From NCBI GenBank assembly GCA_021815445.1, contig JAKAGM010000001.1, positions 3,447 through 67,446 of the forward strand: a stretch of DNA of 64,000 bases, written 5' to 3'. Position numbers and translations under genes: made by a program. Position 1 is the stretch's first letter. Each line of letters starts with the position of its first letter. Below, one piece after another: positions 38,630-46,772 of this stretch. Below the pieces are notes generated by a model that ran no database searches, was not told where the DNA came from, and saw only the letters and a list, made by a program, of their open reading frames with translations. The stretch is from a bacterium. Its GTDB lineage: Bacteria; Patescibacteriota; Patescibacteriia; UBA10025.

Positions 38630-39280
38630 ATGAAAGCAAAAATACCGCTCACAAACACCACGGTTGCGGTCGTATGGTCGTTTGTTGCTGTCTTTTACGC
38701 CATAATCTTCACTACATCAAAGTATTTATTCTGGCAGAAACTTGGTGAAACAAGCATTTTGTTTGCTTTTATCATTATACTTTTACCATACTTTGTCGTA
38801 CTCTTTTTTATTGTTCGTTTTGTGAGAGAAGGGGTAGAAATAACGCGCAGAATTCGGGCAGACCTAGGGGAAGCGGCAGAATACGCCTCAGGTGACACGA
38901 TTACTTCACGGATGTATTTTATTATTCCTGCGCTCCAGGGCAAGTATGCAATCCCTGAGGAAAACGTGCTGACGTATTATCAAACCCATATCCAGGATAT
39001 CAAAACGCAAGCCGCAGGGTTTATGCATTTTGCTATTCTTCTGACCGTTTCAGGTGTGGCGATATCTCTTCGGGTAAATTCAGTTTCAGGAACTCTATTC
39101 GCGATTCTTATCGCTGTCATTGCTCTAGGTATGTGGGGGTGGGCCTTTGATTATCGCAGTATCGAGGCATTGCGTACAAGGCGATTCACGGGATTTTTGA
39201 GAAAGAATCCTAAACTCTTTGCTGTTGGGTTTCTGAGTTTAGTATGCGCGATGGTTTTACTGGCTGTAGTCGGGTATTAG
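38630..39280 (+). CDS. Hypothetical integral membrane protein (about 216 aa, AT-richer codon usage)
   Basis: 5-6 predicted TM helices; no motif. Confidence 0.45.
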   Translation: MKAKIPLTNTTVAVVWSFVAVFYAIIFTTSKYLFWQKLGETSILFAFIIILLPYFVVLFFIVRFVREGVEITRRIRADLGEAAEYASGDTITSRMYFIIPALQGKYAIPEENVLTYYQTHIQDIKTQAAGFMHFAILLTVSGVAISLRVNSVSGTLFAILIAVIALGMWGWAFDYRSIEALRTRRFTGFLRKNPKLFAVGFLSLVCAMVLLAVVGY

Positions 39281-39318
39281 TGTACTTTGAGGGCCATGAT
39301 GTAGCGTCGCATATGTTA

Positions 39319-39348
39319 GTGTTCCGATGTGTTAACACACTAGTACAT
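39319..39348 (+). promoter_or_regulatory. Palindromic operator-like site C (GTGTTCCGATGTGTTAACACACTAGTACAT)
   Basis: Same palindrome family; about 160 bp upstream of malQ. Confidence 0.5.
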
Positions 39349-39508
39349 TTCGTAAATAAAAAATTCCAGCCAGCCTTTTATGTGCAAACAGGGGTTGTTT
39401 TTGTTTCAGTAAGCGTATAAACTACCGGCGGTAGAGATGGTATCGCGATGTAGTGTTTTGAGAATACATCAAGGGGTCATGAGCAATGTTTTATGCTAAC
39501 ATGATAAT

Positions 39509-40990
39509 ATGAAAACACGCCGATCAGGCATTCTCCTCCACCCGACTTCGCTCCCCAGTCCGTACGGCATTGGGGACTTTGGGCCGGAGGCGTACAGTTT
39601 CGTGGATTTTCTGAGAAAAGCCGGGCAAAAGTTCTGGCAGGTTTTGCCGCTCAGAATACCCGATGAAACCGGCTCCCCGTACGCGTCGTCGTCTGCGTTT
39701 GCCGGTAACTGGCTCTTGGTCAGTCCGGATCTTTTGGTCGCGCAAGGGCTGTTGCCTGAATCAGAACTCCCGCGCGAACGAAAGGTCGGTTTTGTGAATT
39801 ATGACAACCTGATTCACGACAGGAAAAATATGCTTGACCGTTCTCTGCGGTATTTCGACGATTCGGTATCCGAACGGCTTAAAAAAGCCTTCTGGGAATT
39901 TAAAAAGCGCGAGTCGTGGTGGCTGAGGGATTTTTCCCTTTTTATGGCCATAAAGGATTTTTTTGGAGGCAGATCGTGGCATCGATGGTCCGACGGTTTG
40001 GCGCGAAGAAATCCAGATACGCTCCGGTTATGGGCAAAAACTCTTGGAAATGGAATGAGAATATACGAGTACGGGCAGTGGCTTTTTTTCAGGCAGTGGG
40101 AGAGTTTGCGGGCGTATGCAAATCGTCGCGGAATCCAGATCATCGGTGACGTGCCGTTTTTTGTGCGTCACGACAGCGTGGATGTGTGGAGCCATCGCAG
40201 GTTGTTCATGCTTGATAAGAGGAATCTCCCGCGGGTCGTTTCCGGCGTCCCGCCCGACTATTTCAGTTCCCGAGGACAGATATGGCGCGACCCCCAGTAT
40301 GACTGGAAGGCGATGGAACAGGGGCAATTCACATGGTGGGTACAGCGTCTCGGGATGGTGCTGCGGCTGTATGATAAAGTCAGGCTTGACCATTTCCGCG
40401 GGTATGAAGCAGTCTGGCACATCAGACGGGGGAGTCTGACAGCGCGAAACGGGCACTGGTCTCCCGTGCCTGGCGATAAACTCTTTACTCGCATGTGCAA
40501 ATTTTCGAAACATATGCCGTTTATTGCGGAAGATCTCGGATTGATAACTGACGACGTAACCGCATTGCGGAAAAAATTCGGCTTTCCTTCAATGCGCGTC
40601 CTCCAGTTCGGTTTCTCGCTCAATGCCGGAAATCCGCACGCCATCAAAAACCTGCCTCTGAACGCGGTGGTCTACACAGGGACGCATGATAACAATACCG
40701 CGCAAGGGTGGATTCTCGATGATGCGCCCGCAAATATTCGACGGCACGCTCTCGCCGTGCTTAAAGCCGACAAGCGCACTTTCGCATGGAAGCTTATCCA
40801 AGCAGGGATGAAGTCCCGGGCTGATACGTTCATTGCGCCGCTCCAAGATGTGCTCGGTCTGGGCTCGGAGGCACGCATGAATACCCCATCGACAAAACGA
40901 AAAAATTGGCGGTGGAGACTCAAGCCCGCAGTCCTGACGGACCAGATTGCAAAGAAATTAAGGAAACTCAGCACAGATTCGGGCAGGTAA
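39509..40990 (+). CDS. malQ: 4-alpha-glucanotransferase (amylomaltase, GH77)
   Basis: N-terminal ILLHPTSLPSPYGIGDFG signature and GH77 catalytic region motifs. Confidence 0.85.
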   Translation: MKTRRSGILLHPTSLPSPYGIGDFGPEAYSFVDFLRKAGQKFWQVLPLRIPDETGSPYASSSAFAGNWLLVSPDLLVAQGLLPESELPRERKVGFVNYDNLIHDRKNMLDRSLRYFDDSVSERLKKAFWEFKKRESWWLRDFSLFMAIKDFFGGRSWHRWSDGLARRNPDTLRLWAKTLGNGMRIYEYGQWLFFRQWESLRAYANRRGIQIIGDVPFFVRHDSVDVWSHRRLFMLDKRNLPRVVSGVPPDYFSSRGQIWRDPQYDWKAMEQGQFTWWVQRLGMVLRLYDKVRLDHFRGYEAVWHIRRGSLTARNGHWSPVPGDKLFTRMCKFSKHMPFIAEDLGLITDDVTALRKKFGFPSMRVLQFGFSLNAGNPHAIKNLPLNAVVYTGTHDNNTAQGWILDDAPANIRRHALAVLKADKRTFAWKLIQAGMKSRADTFIAPLQDVLGLGSEARMNTPSTKRKNWRWRLKPAVLTDQIAKKLRKLSTDSGR

Positions 40991-41304
40991 ATAAAAAAAG
41001 CCCCTCGCCTCAATGGTGGGTCTCATCGAGTACTCAAAGGGGCTTCTCGGGCAGCCGCGCAGGGTACGGAGTTTCATACCCACTAACGTCGCCAACGTTC
41101 TTCGCGACACCCGGTCGTTTCCAGGGAAAACCTGGTTCTGCTTGTTCTTGTCGGATAAAATAAATGTACCAATTACAAGCCTACCTTCGGTTGCCATTAA
41201 GGTCAAGTGGAATTTTTGAAATTAGTCGGACTTCTTTGTGGATCCACGTCAAACTCGCTAAGCACGACGGTACGGGCAGGCGGGGAGACTGTTTTCAGAA
41301 GTAA

Positions 41305-41353
41305 GCGGACCCAACCCCGTCATTCGCGAATGACGGGGTGGTCTTCTCCGTGA
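41305..41353 (-). repeat. Partial copy of the tRNA-Asp 3' half (anticodon-stem 3' side, variable loop, acceptor 3' strand) with the T-arm replaced by a 12-bp perfect hairpin
   Basis: Minus strand reads CACGGAGAAGACCA-CCCCGTCATTCGCGAATGACGGGG-TTGGGTCCGC. Compare the intact tRNA: CACGGAGAAGACCAGGGGTTCAAATCCCCTTGGGTCCG. Confidence 0.6.
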
Positions 41354-41413
41354 TCCCGCACCATGTCGCTTCGCTCCAGATGCGGGACTTCGCAGGGAGG
41401 CATTTTCCTCAAA

Positions 41414-41445
41414 CCGGACCCAAGGGGATTTGGTTCCGGGGTCTC
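41414..41445 (-). repeat. Second partial copy of the tRNA-Asp 3' end (about 22 nt AAATCCCCTTGGGTCCGGTTT)
   Basis: Direct repeat of the 3' terminal segment of the tRNA at 41573-41647, about 115 bp downstream of it. Confidence 0.6.
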
Positions 41446-41572
41446 GCTGTTCCTTCGGAACATCGCTCGACCCGTCTCGTCCCGCGCGAAGCAAAACTAT
41501 TTGCTTCGCTTGTTGACTCAACCCCCTGATCTTCTCGGGGATCTGTGCAAGTTAGGCGCATTGTTTCCAAAC

Positions 41573-41647
41573 CGGACCCAAGGGGATTTGAACCCCTGGT
41601 CTTCTCCGTGACAGGGAGACGTGTTAACCGGGCTACACCATGGGTCC
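41573..41647 (-). tRNA. tRNA-Asp (anticodon GTC)
   Basis: Manual cloverleaf fold. Acceptor GGACCCA/TGGGTCC, D-arm GTGT..ACAC, anticodon stem TCTCC/GGAGA with loop CTGTCAC, T-arm AGGGG-TTCAAAT-CCCCT, discriminator G. No encoded CCA. Confidence 0.85.
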
Positions 41648-41757
41648 GGTTTGGAAACAATATGTTAATGTGACGTTCACTACTTTACCAAGCGAAATGG
41701 GAAATGTACAGGGATAGCACAAAGAACTGTCACTGTCCGCCGGAGGGGCGGTTTTTC

Positions 41758-42105
41758 CTATTTTTTTGCGGCTTTCTCAACCACTGCGGCAAAGATTTGA
41801 GGATGGAATTCAGCAAGGTCAGCCAATATTTTTCTATTGAGCTCAATCTTGGCAATCTTCAGGAGATGAATTAATTTAGAATAACTCATCTTGTTCTGGC
41901 GAGCAGCGGCGTTGACTTGCATCGTCCATTGAGAGCGAAAGTCGCCTTTTTTCATCTTGCGATGCTTGTACGCGAAGGATCCCGCTTTTAGGTGAGCGAC
42001 TTTGGCAAGCCGGGGTATATTTTTCCTGCCCCACCTGTAGCCTTTTACTTTGCGCAGGAGGCGTTTTCTTTTTTTTGCCCTAATTGTTCCACGTTTGACG
42101 CGCAT
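41758..42105 (-). CDS. rplT: 50S ribosomal protein L20
   Basis: MRVKRGTIRAKKRKRLLRKVKGYRWGRKN... matches the L20 N-terminus; ILADLAEF motif at the C-terminus. Confidence 0.9.
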   Translation of the reverse strand: MRVKRGTIRAKKRKRLLRKVKGYRWGRKNIPRLAKVAHLKAGSFAYKHRKMKKGDFRSQWTMQVNAAARQNKMSYSKLIHLLKIAKIELNRKILADLAEFHPQIFAAVVEKAAKK

Positions 42106-42110
42106 AGATA

Positions 42111-42308
42111 TTATCGGTAGGGGGTTACACGGCGAACAATCTTTTCGAATGAATGGTCAACATTTTTATCACGACGTTTCCGGCGTGTAACAATGCTCGA
42201 CTCTCGGGCGTTGAAATGGTCTTGGCCCGCTTTTCGCCTGATGAGCTTTCCGCGTTTGGTGACCCTGAAGCGTTTCGCAGTTGCTTTATGTGTTCTGAGC
42301 TTTGCCAT
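42111..42308 (-). CDS. rpmI: 50S ribosomal protein L35
   Basis: MAKLRTHKATAKRFRVTKRGKLIRRKAG...; 65 aa. Confidence 0.9.
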   Translation of the reverse strand: MAKLRTHKATAKRFRVTKRGKLIRRKAGQDHFNARESSIVTRRKRRDKNVDHSFEKIVRRVTPYR

Positions 42309-42313
42309 AGAAA

Positions 42314-42829
42314 TTATTTCTTTTTCATGAGAAGCATAGTCAGCCTGCCGCCCATTTTTGATACGTCCTGTTCTATCTGTACCGTGTCGCCGAATGAACG
42401 GGCAAACTCATGCATTTGGTCGATTGCCCGGCGCACATGTGCGCGTTCCCGTCCCCGTAAAATCATTTCCACCTGAACCTTATCTCCCTTTTCAAAAAAT
42501 TTCTCCGACTGGGCATGTCTCATCTCAAGATCGTGCTTGCCGATATTGATAGAGATACGGATGCCCTTTATCTCAACCCGTTTCTGTCTGGCCTTGTTTT
42601 TCCGTTCCAACTTCTCCTGCCGAAATTGGTAGGCGCCATAGTCCATAATACGGACCACCGGCGGATTCGCCAGGGGGGAAACCTCGATAAGGTCAAGCCC
42701 ACGCTCTTGTGCCATCTGGAGAGCGTCGCGAATAGAAACGACACCTATTTGGGCATCTTTTTCGTCGATCAACCTTACTTCCGGTACTCGAATCTGATGG
42801 TTCAGCCGATAGCGCTTAGTAGTACTAAT
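42314..42829 (-). CDS. infC: Translation initiation factor IF-3, initiating at an AUU codon
   Basis: Extending the ORF upstream in frame gives (M)STTKRYRLNHQIRVPEVRLIDEKDAQIGVVSIRDALQMAQERGLDLIEV, which matches the IF3 N-terminus. The first in-frame start is ATT at 42829, the conserved autoregulatory AUU start of infC. The track ORF starts at a TTG inside the gene. Confidence 0.8.
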   Translation of the reverse strand: MSTTKRYRLNHQIRVPEVRLIDEKDAQIGVVSIRDALQMAQERGLDLIEVSPLANPPVVRIMDYGAYQFRQEKLERKNKARQKRVEIKGIRISINIGKHDLEMRHAQSEKFFEKGDKVQVEMILRGRERAHVRRAIDQMHEFARSFGDTVQIEQDVSKMGGRLTMLLMKKK

Positions 42830-42840
42830 TGTTCTATGAA

Positions 42841-43110
42841 TTAATGATTAACTTTCTTGTAGGGGTGACCAAATTCGATCAAATTGAGTTTTTTGTCTCG
42901 CCGCCAGCCTTTAATCTGTCTTTCTCGGTTTCTTGCTTCTCGAAGAGTATCAAATTGTTCTTGATATACCAACTTTACTGGAAGCCTTTTTCTCGTATGT
43001 TCGGGACCCAACCCGAGATTGTGTATCTTAACTCTTACTTTAAGGTGGCTACTAGTTCCTGTATACAGCGAGTTATCAGAGCAAAGAAGGATGTAAAGAT
43101 AGTACTTCAT
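42841..43110 (-). CDS. GIY-YIG nuclease superfamily protein (UPF0213/YhbQ-like, about 89 aa)
   Basis: MKYYLYILLCSDNSLYTGTSSHLKVRVKIHNLG...GWRRDKKLNLIE: GIY...YIG...R...E core. The surrounding DNA (42830-43230) is conspicuously AT-rich. Confidence 0.65.
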   Translation of the reverse strand: MKYYLYILLCSDNSLYTGTSSHLKVRVKIHNLGLGPEHTRKRLPVKLVYQEQFDTLREARNRERQIKGWRRDKKLNLIEFGHPYKKVNH

Positions 43111-43231
43111 ACTCTTGGTGCCCTTCGGTATGCTCAGGGCACCATTCGATTCAAGGCTGCCTTGACTTAAGGGGTTGTCGATCCTCCTATTGGTCGAAGA
43201 CCATGAGTGAGGAGCGTAGCGACGAATCGAA

Positions 43232-43641
43232 TGGTGGAGATGAGGGGAATTGCACCCCTGTCCAATATACGAACCAGTCAACGTCTCCAAGCTATCCTAT
43301 TTTAGCGTGGTCGATGGCAGAAGTCAAAATAGGAAAAAGGTCCTGCCATCCGAGTCTCGTGGTACGGCCGGGAGCAAGAGACACGCTCGTCGGTCGTCCT
43401 CCGTTTGTGACACCTCCGACCTTCTCAGGAGGAATCAGAAGGGGAGATGGTTATCGGTTTTTACGCGACAACAGGCGCAAAGGAAGGCGCAAATACGCTT
43501 GCAAGTGCGGTCTTCGCTTTGCTTACAAATGATTTGGCATTTGTCTAATTGGAGCCAGTTTAACGTCATGAACTGCCGTGGACGGCTTGCAGTTGAGATG
43601 GCAATGTACACTGTCGATTATAAGCATCCCCATGATGCGCC
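43232..43641 (-). ncRNA. ssrA: tmRNA (ssrA)
   Basis: Minus strand 5' end GGGGATGCTTATAATCGACAG... pairs with the 3' end ...AGGGGTGCAATTCCCCTCATCTCCACCA. The acceptor stem has the G3:U70 Ala-identity pair, with T-arm and encoded CCA. It is located 25 nt downstream of smpB on the same strand. Confidence 0.8.
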
Positions 43642-43665
43642 TGATTGCGGAAAGGTTGAAAATGA

Positions 43666-44109
43666 TCAGTAGTCCAGCGCTTGCCTGATCCGCCGGTCAA
43701 CCTCGCGTTTCTTAATGGTTTCGCGCTTATCCTGTTTCTTCTTCCCGCGCGCCAAACCCAGCTCAACCTTGATCAAGCTACCCTTAGTATAGACAGAAAG
43801 CGGAATAAGTGTCAAGCCTGCCGAAGCCATCTTCCCGATCAATGATTTGATGTCCTCACGCTTCACAAGCAGCTTCTTTTCTCGGTCAGGATCCTCGTGG
43901 GATTCTTTCGAAGCACGCTGGTATCTCGCTATATGGCAGCCGATCAGCCAGAGTTCATTGCCGCGCATGCTCACATAACTTCCCATCAGAGTACAGTTGC
44001 CCAGCTTGACCGACTTTACCTCTGCGCCTCTCAATACAATACCGGCCTCAATTTTTTCGAGGATTGTGTAGTTGAAATAGCCTTTTTTGTTCTTAGCGAG
44101 GGTAGGCAT
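43666..44109 (-). CDS. smpB: SsrA-binding protein SmpB
   Basis: Motifs GIVLRGAEVKS, GYVSMRGNELWL and the basic C-terminal tail KKKQDKRETIKKREVDRRIR. Confidence 0.9.
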   Translation of the reverse strand: MPTLAKNKKGYFNYTILEKIEAGIVLRGAEVKSVKLGNCTLMGSYVSMRGNELWLIGCHIARYQRASKESHEDPDREKKLLVKREDIKSLIGKMASAGLTLIPLSVYTKGSLIKVELGLARGKKKQDKRETIKKREVDRRIRQALDY

Positions 44110-44182
44110 AGGAATATGAGTAGTATACAGGATTTTTGAACTGTGGATAATCGGGGTTGACGTCCGAAGTTGTTTGGGTGTA

Positions 44183-44212
44183 GTGTATCAATGTGTTAAC
44201 ACACTAATACAC
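44183..44212 (+). promoter_or_regulatory. Palindromic operator-like site D (GTGTATCAATGTGTTAACACACTAATACAC)
   Basis: The best-formed copy of the palindrome; ends 20 bp upstream of the TrpR-like gene start, so probably autoregulatory. Confidence 0.55.
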
Positions 44213-44232
44213 CTCAGCATGTACCCCATTTT

Positions 44233-44586
44233 ATGCCAAAGCGTTCGATAGACTGGAACAAAAGAAAAACAAGCGATCTCTTTGAAGCGGTTCTCGCGCT
44301 TAAAACGCAGGATGAGTGCAGGCGTTTTTTCCGTGACCTGTGCACGCTTGAGGAAATTGCCGCACTTGCCGACAGGTGGCAGATGGTCAAAATGATGGTC
44401 CAAGGATATTCATACCGCGATATATCGGCGAAACTCAAAGTGAGCACAACGACTGTTGCCCGTGTCGCGCAGTGGTTCACACGAGGCGAAGAGGGTTATC
44501 GGCTCGTGGTTAAGAGACTGGGGCTCACCAGACTGCCTGAAGCAAAAATTTCTTCAAATCATTATCACCACGCTTCTCTTCACTGA
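44233..44586 (+). CDS. TrpR-like DNA-binding protein (YerC/YecD family)
   Basis: LFEAVLALKTQDECRRFFRDLCTLEEIAALADRWQMVKMMVQGYSYRDISAKLKVSTTTVARVAQW is the hallmark of the Trp-repressor-related YerC/YecD family (HTH). A weak terminator-like hairpin plus T8 follows at about 44626-44656. Confidence 0.7.
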   Translation: MPKRSIDWNKRKTSDLFEAVLALKTQDECRRFFRDLCTLEEIAALADRWQMVKMMVQGYSYRDISAKLKVSTTTVARVAQWFTRGEEGYRLVVKRLGLTRLPEAKISSNHYHHASLH

Positions 44587-44874
44587 AGAGGTGTCGTGAT
44601 GTGGTAGACATTTCACCGCATCCGGAGAAACCCCTTCAGTGCAAGAGGTTTTTTTTGATACATGCGTACCTTGAGAAAATCTTGAGACACGATGGGACGT
44701 GATGACAACCGTTCGCACCGAGAGAGGTGTATGTTGATGCGACAACATAAACATACCCCCTTCTCGTCATTGAGAAGAGCTTGTCGGACTGCTCCTGCAA
44801 TCCGAGACTGTCACCGTCCGGTGGCCGCCCTCACTCTCGAGCTTGCTCATGTTCATTTCATTTGGAGGTGTACC

Positions 44875-45972
44875 GTGTCAAAGCACGAAGCCAGCACGCA
44901 AACAGTGTTCGATCCAATCGGCCAGCGCTATGAAGGCCTCGCCAGGCCGTCAGGACTTCGATACGGCATTATTGAGGTAACAACCCGGTGCCAACTCGCT
45001 TGCCCAGGATGCTACATGGTTCGACGTGGCGCGCTCAATCACGGCAGTTTGTCTTTTGACCAGGCGGTCGGCGTACTTGACCGGTGCTGCGAATATACTG
45101 GCCGAGAGCTCGAAACAATGGACATCCTCGGCGGCGAGCCGCTCCTGTGGCCGCCGCTCAAAGAATACATCGTCGAGCTACTCAATCGCGGCATCAAACC
45201 TTGGCTTTTTACCAACATGCTGACGATCACGCCGTCACTGGCCCGGTGGCTCTTTGAGCGGAAGGTGCATATCACCGGCAAGCTGAACGTGGATCCGTCT
45301 GATCCTGCTCAGCTCTCTGTCCAAGCGGCGATGATTGGCCGGAACGAGCGCGTAGCCCGCCGAATGGCCGCGGCAATTTCTGTTTGGCTTGGAGTCGGAT
45401 ATCGCAACCCATTATTCCGGCTCCAAAATCTGGTTCGTCAGGCAAACATCGGATTTGTGCCCGATTACTACCGCTGGTGCCTCGAACAAGGGATTGGGAC
45501 GGATCTTGAACTCATGGGTTCCGGCGAAACGGTAGGCGCGGAGTACTATGCGGTGGCGCCGACTCCGAAACAAGTCGCCCGCATGATAGAAGCGATCCAT
45601 GCGGTTCGGCGCGAGTACGGTTTGCCGGAAGCTGAAGTGCTGATGCCCCACGTCTTTGGATCCTGCCCTTTTTATGACAAGGGGCTCTACTTCGCCGCCG
45701 ACTGTTCAATCCGTGCCTGTTCCAACTCCACGGTCACGCTTGCACACTTAAGCGACCAGGATCCGATCCGGAAAGCCTATGAGTCGCCGCTCATCTGCCG
45801 CCGGCTCAGCCTGTGCCGTGAGGTGGTAGGAGAGCCATGCCGTTCGTGCGATCGGTGGGAACGGTGCCGCGGTGGCTGCCGGGCAACCGTGGAAGGGATG
45901 GGCGACCCGTACGGCGGATATACGCTTTGTCCGCTTCCTTACCTCGGCAATGGTAAGCCCAAAGTCGGCTAG
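44875..45972 (+). CDS. Radical SAM enzyme with C-terminal SPASM domain (peptide/protein-modifying maturase class)
   Basis: CQLACPGC (CxxxCxxC) radical SAM cluster motif. The C-terminal C...C...CRSCDRWERCRGGC fits the SPASM CX2CX5CX3C signature. The GTG start with GGAGG RBS at 44875 is preferred; in-frame ATGs at 44692/44731 would add a Cys-containing 50-60-aa N-terminal extension. Confidence 0.7.
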   Translation: MSKHEASTQTVFDPIGQRYEGLARPSGLRYGIIEVTTRCQLACPGCYMVRRGALNHGSLSFDQAVGVLDRCCEYTGRELETMDILGGEPLLWPPLKEYIVELLNRGIKPWLFTNMLTITPSLARWLFERKVHITGKLNVDPSDPAQLSVQAAMIGRNERVARRMAAAISVWLGVGYRNPLFRLQNLVRQANIGFVPDYYRWCLEQGIGTDLELMGSGETVGAEYYAVAPTPKQVARMIEAIHAVRREYGLPEAEVLMPHVFGSCPFYDKGLYFAADCSIRACSNSTVTLAHLSDQDPIRKAYESPLICRRLSLCREVVGEPCRSCDRWERCRGGCRATVEGMGDPYGGYTLCPLPYLGNGKPKVG

Positions 45973-46045
45973 GCAGCACGCAATAGTAGCGGGGGGCTGG
46001 AATAATGAACTTCTAAAGTTCCGGCCCCCCTATTTTCTCTCGACT

Positions 46046-46588
46046 ATGCGTCAAAAAATTATTACAACAGCTCAAAAGAAATTACTAGAGCTTAACCGCC
46101 GATACAACGGGTTCATGGCAGTCATCCTTGATAACTGGCGCGGTTATCGTTTTATTTACGACACTGTCGATGTTCGACGATGCCAGAATAATTGCACGCA
46201 GTGTCCGCTTTTCCGATTGTTAGCAAATGAAAAAGACGGCGCTTTTACAGCTCGCCTTCTCCGGGCGTCGCCTGCCGACCGCAGACTGTTCGGTCCCCAA
46301 AAGTATCTCAATTGTAAAACAATTTCGCAGTACCGAATGTGTTATAAGAATTTTATTGCTCAAAAAATAGCAACGCAAAAAGAATTGACGGCCGAATTAC
46401 GGCTTGTTCAAGGACTCAGGGTGCTCTACGCCAAAGAGCGAGATCCCTTGCTTGTCGAACAAGAGATAAAAAGGAATATTATCAACTTTTCTGCTCGATG
46501 GTCGCCACTCTCAGCAGCAGCCGGCAAGAGCCGGCGCAAATCATTTGACAGCTTGTTGAAAAAGGATTACACTTTATCCACATTATGA
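46046..46588 (+). CDS. Hypothetical Cys-containing protein (about 180 aa) in AT-rich DNA
   Basis: CQNNCTQC and CKTISQYRMC motifs; start ambiguous (alternative ATG at 45950 overlapping the rSAM gene); strongly AT-rich relative to its neighbours. Confidence 0.35.
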   Translation: MRQKIITTAQKKLLELNRRYNGFMAVILDNWRGYRFIYDTVDVRRCQNNCTQCPLFRLLANEKDGAFTARLLRASPADRRLFGPQKYLNCKTISQYRMCYKNFIAQKIATQKELTAELRLVQGLRVLYAKERDPLLVEQEIKRNIINFSARWSPLSAAAGKSRRKSFDSLLKKDYTLSTL

Positions 46589-46772
46589 ATCTAACTTCAC
46601 TCCAACAGAAAAACCTGAAGATGTTCCGCTGGAACTTTCGTCACTATGGCGGCAGGGTTTCTTTACTGTTTGGAGTAGATATGGCGTAATAACGAATTCC
46701 AAAATATTCCACAGAAAGAAACCTCAAGCTGCCGCTCGAGGTTTTTTGGTAAATAATTAATTTTAAGAAAGT

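Noticed and set aside
41240-41570. Considered whether the hairpin-rich region downstream of tRNA-Asp is a tmRNA or RNase P RNA
   Set aside because: Its tRNA-like ends reproduce the tRNA-Asp acceptor/T-arm (TGGGTCCG) rather than an Ala-like G3:U70 acceptor. The real tmRNA was found next to smpB at 43232-43641. No RNase P P4 signatures were seen.
41700-41760. Hairpin CCGCC-GGAGG-GGCGG plus T-run read as the rplT terminator
   Set aside because: The T-run follows the hairpin only in plus-strand orientation, whereas rplT is on the minus strand (an A-run precedes the hairpin in that orientation). It cannot be confidently assigned as the rplT terminator. At most it is a possible bidirectional or antisense terminator.
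43203-43672. Plus-strand ORFs of 109 and 140 aa between GIY-YIG and smpB
   Set aside because: The region is accounted for by the minus-strand tmRNA gene (tRNA-like ends with G3:U70, T-arm, CCA). The ORFs are chance frames across an RNA gene.
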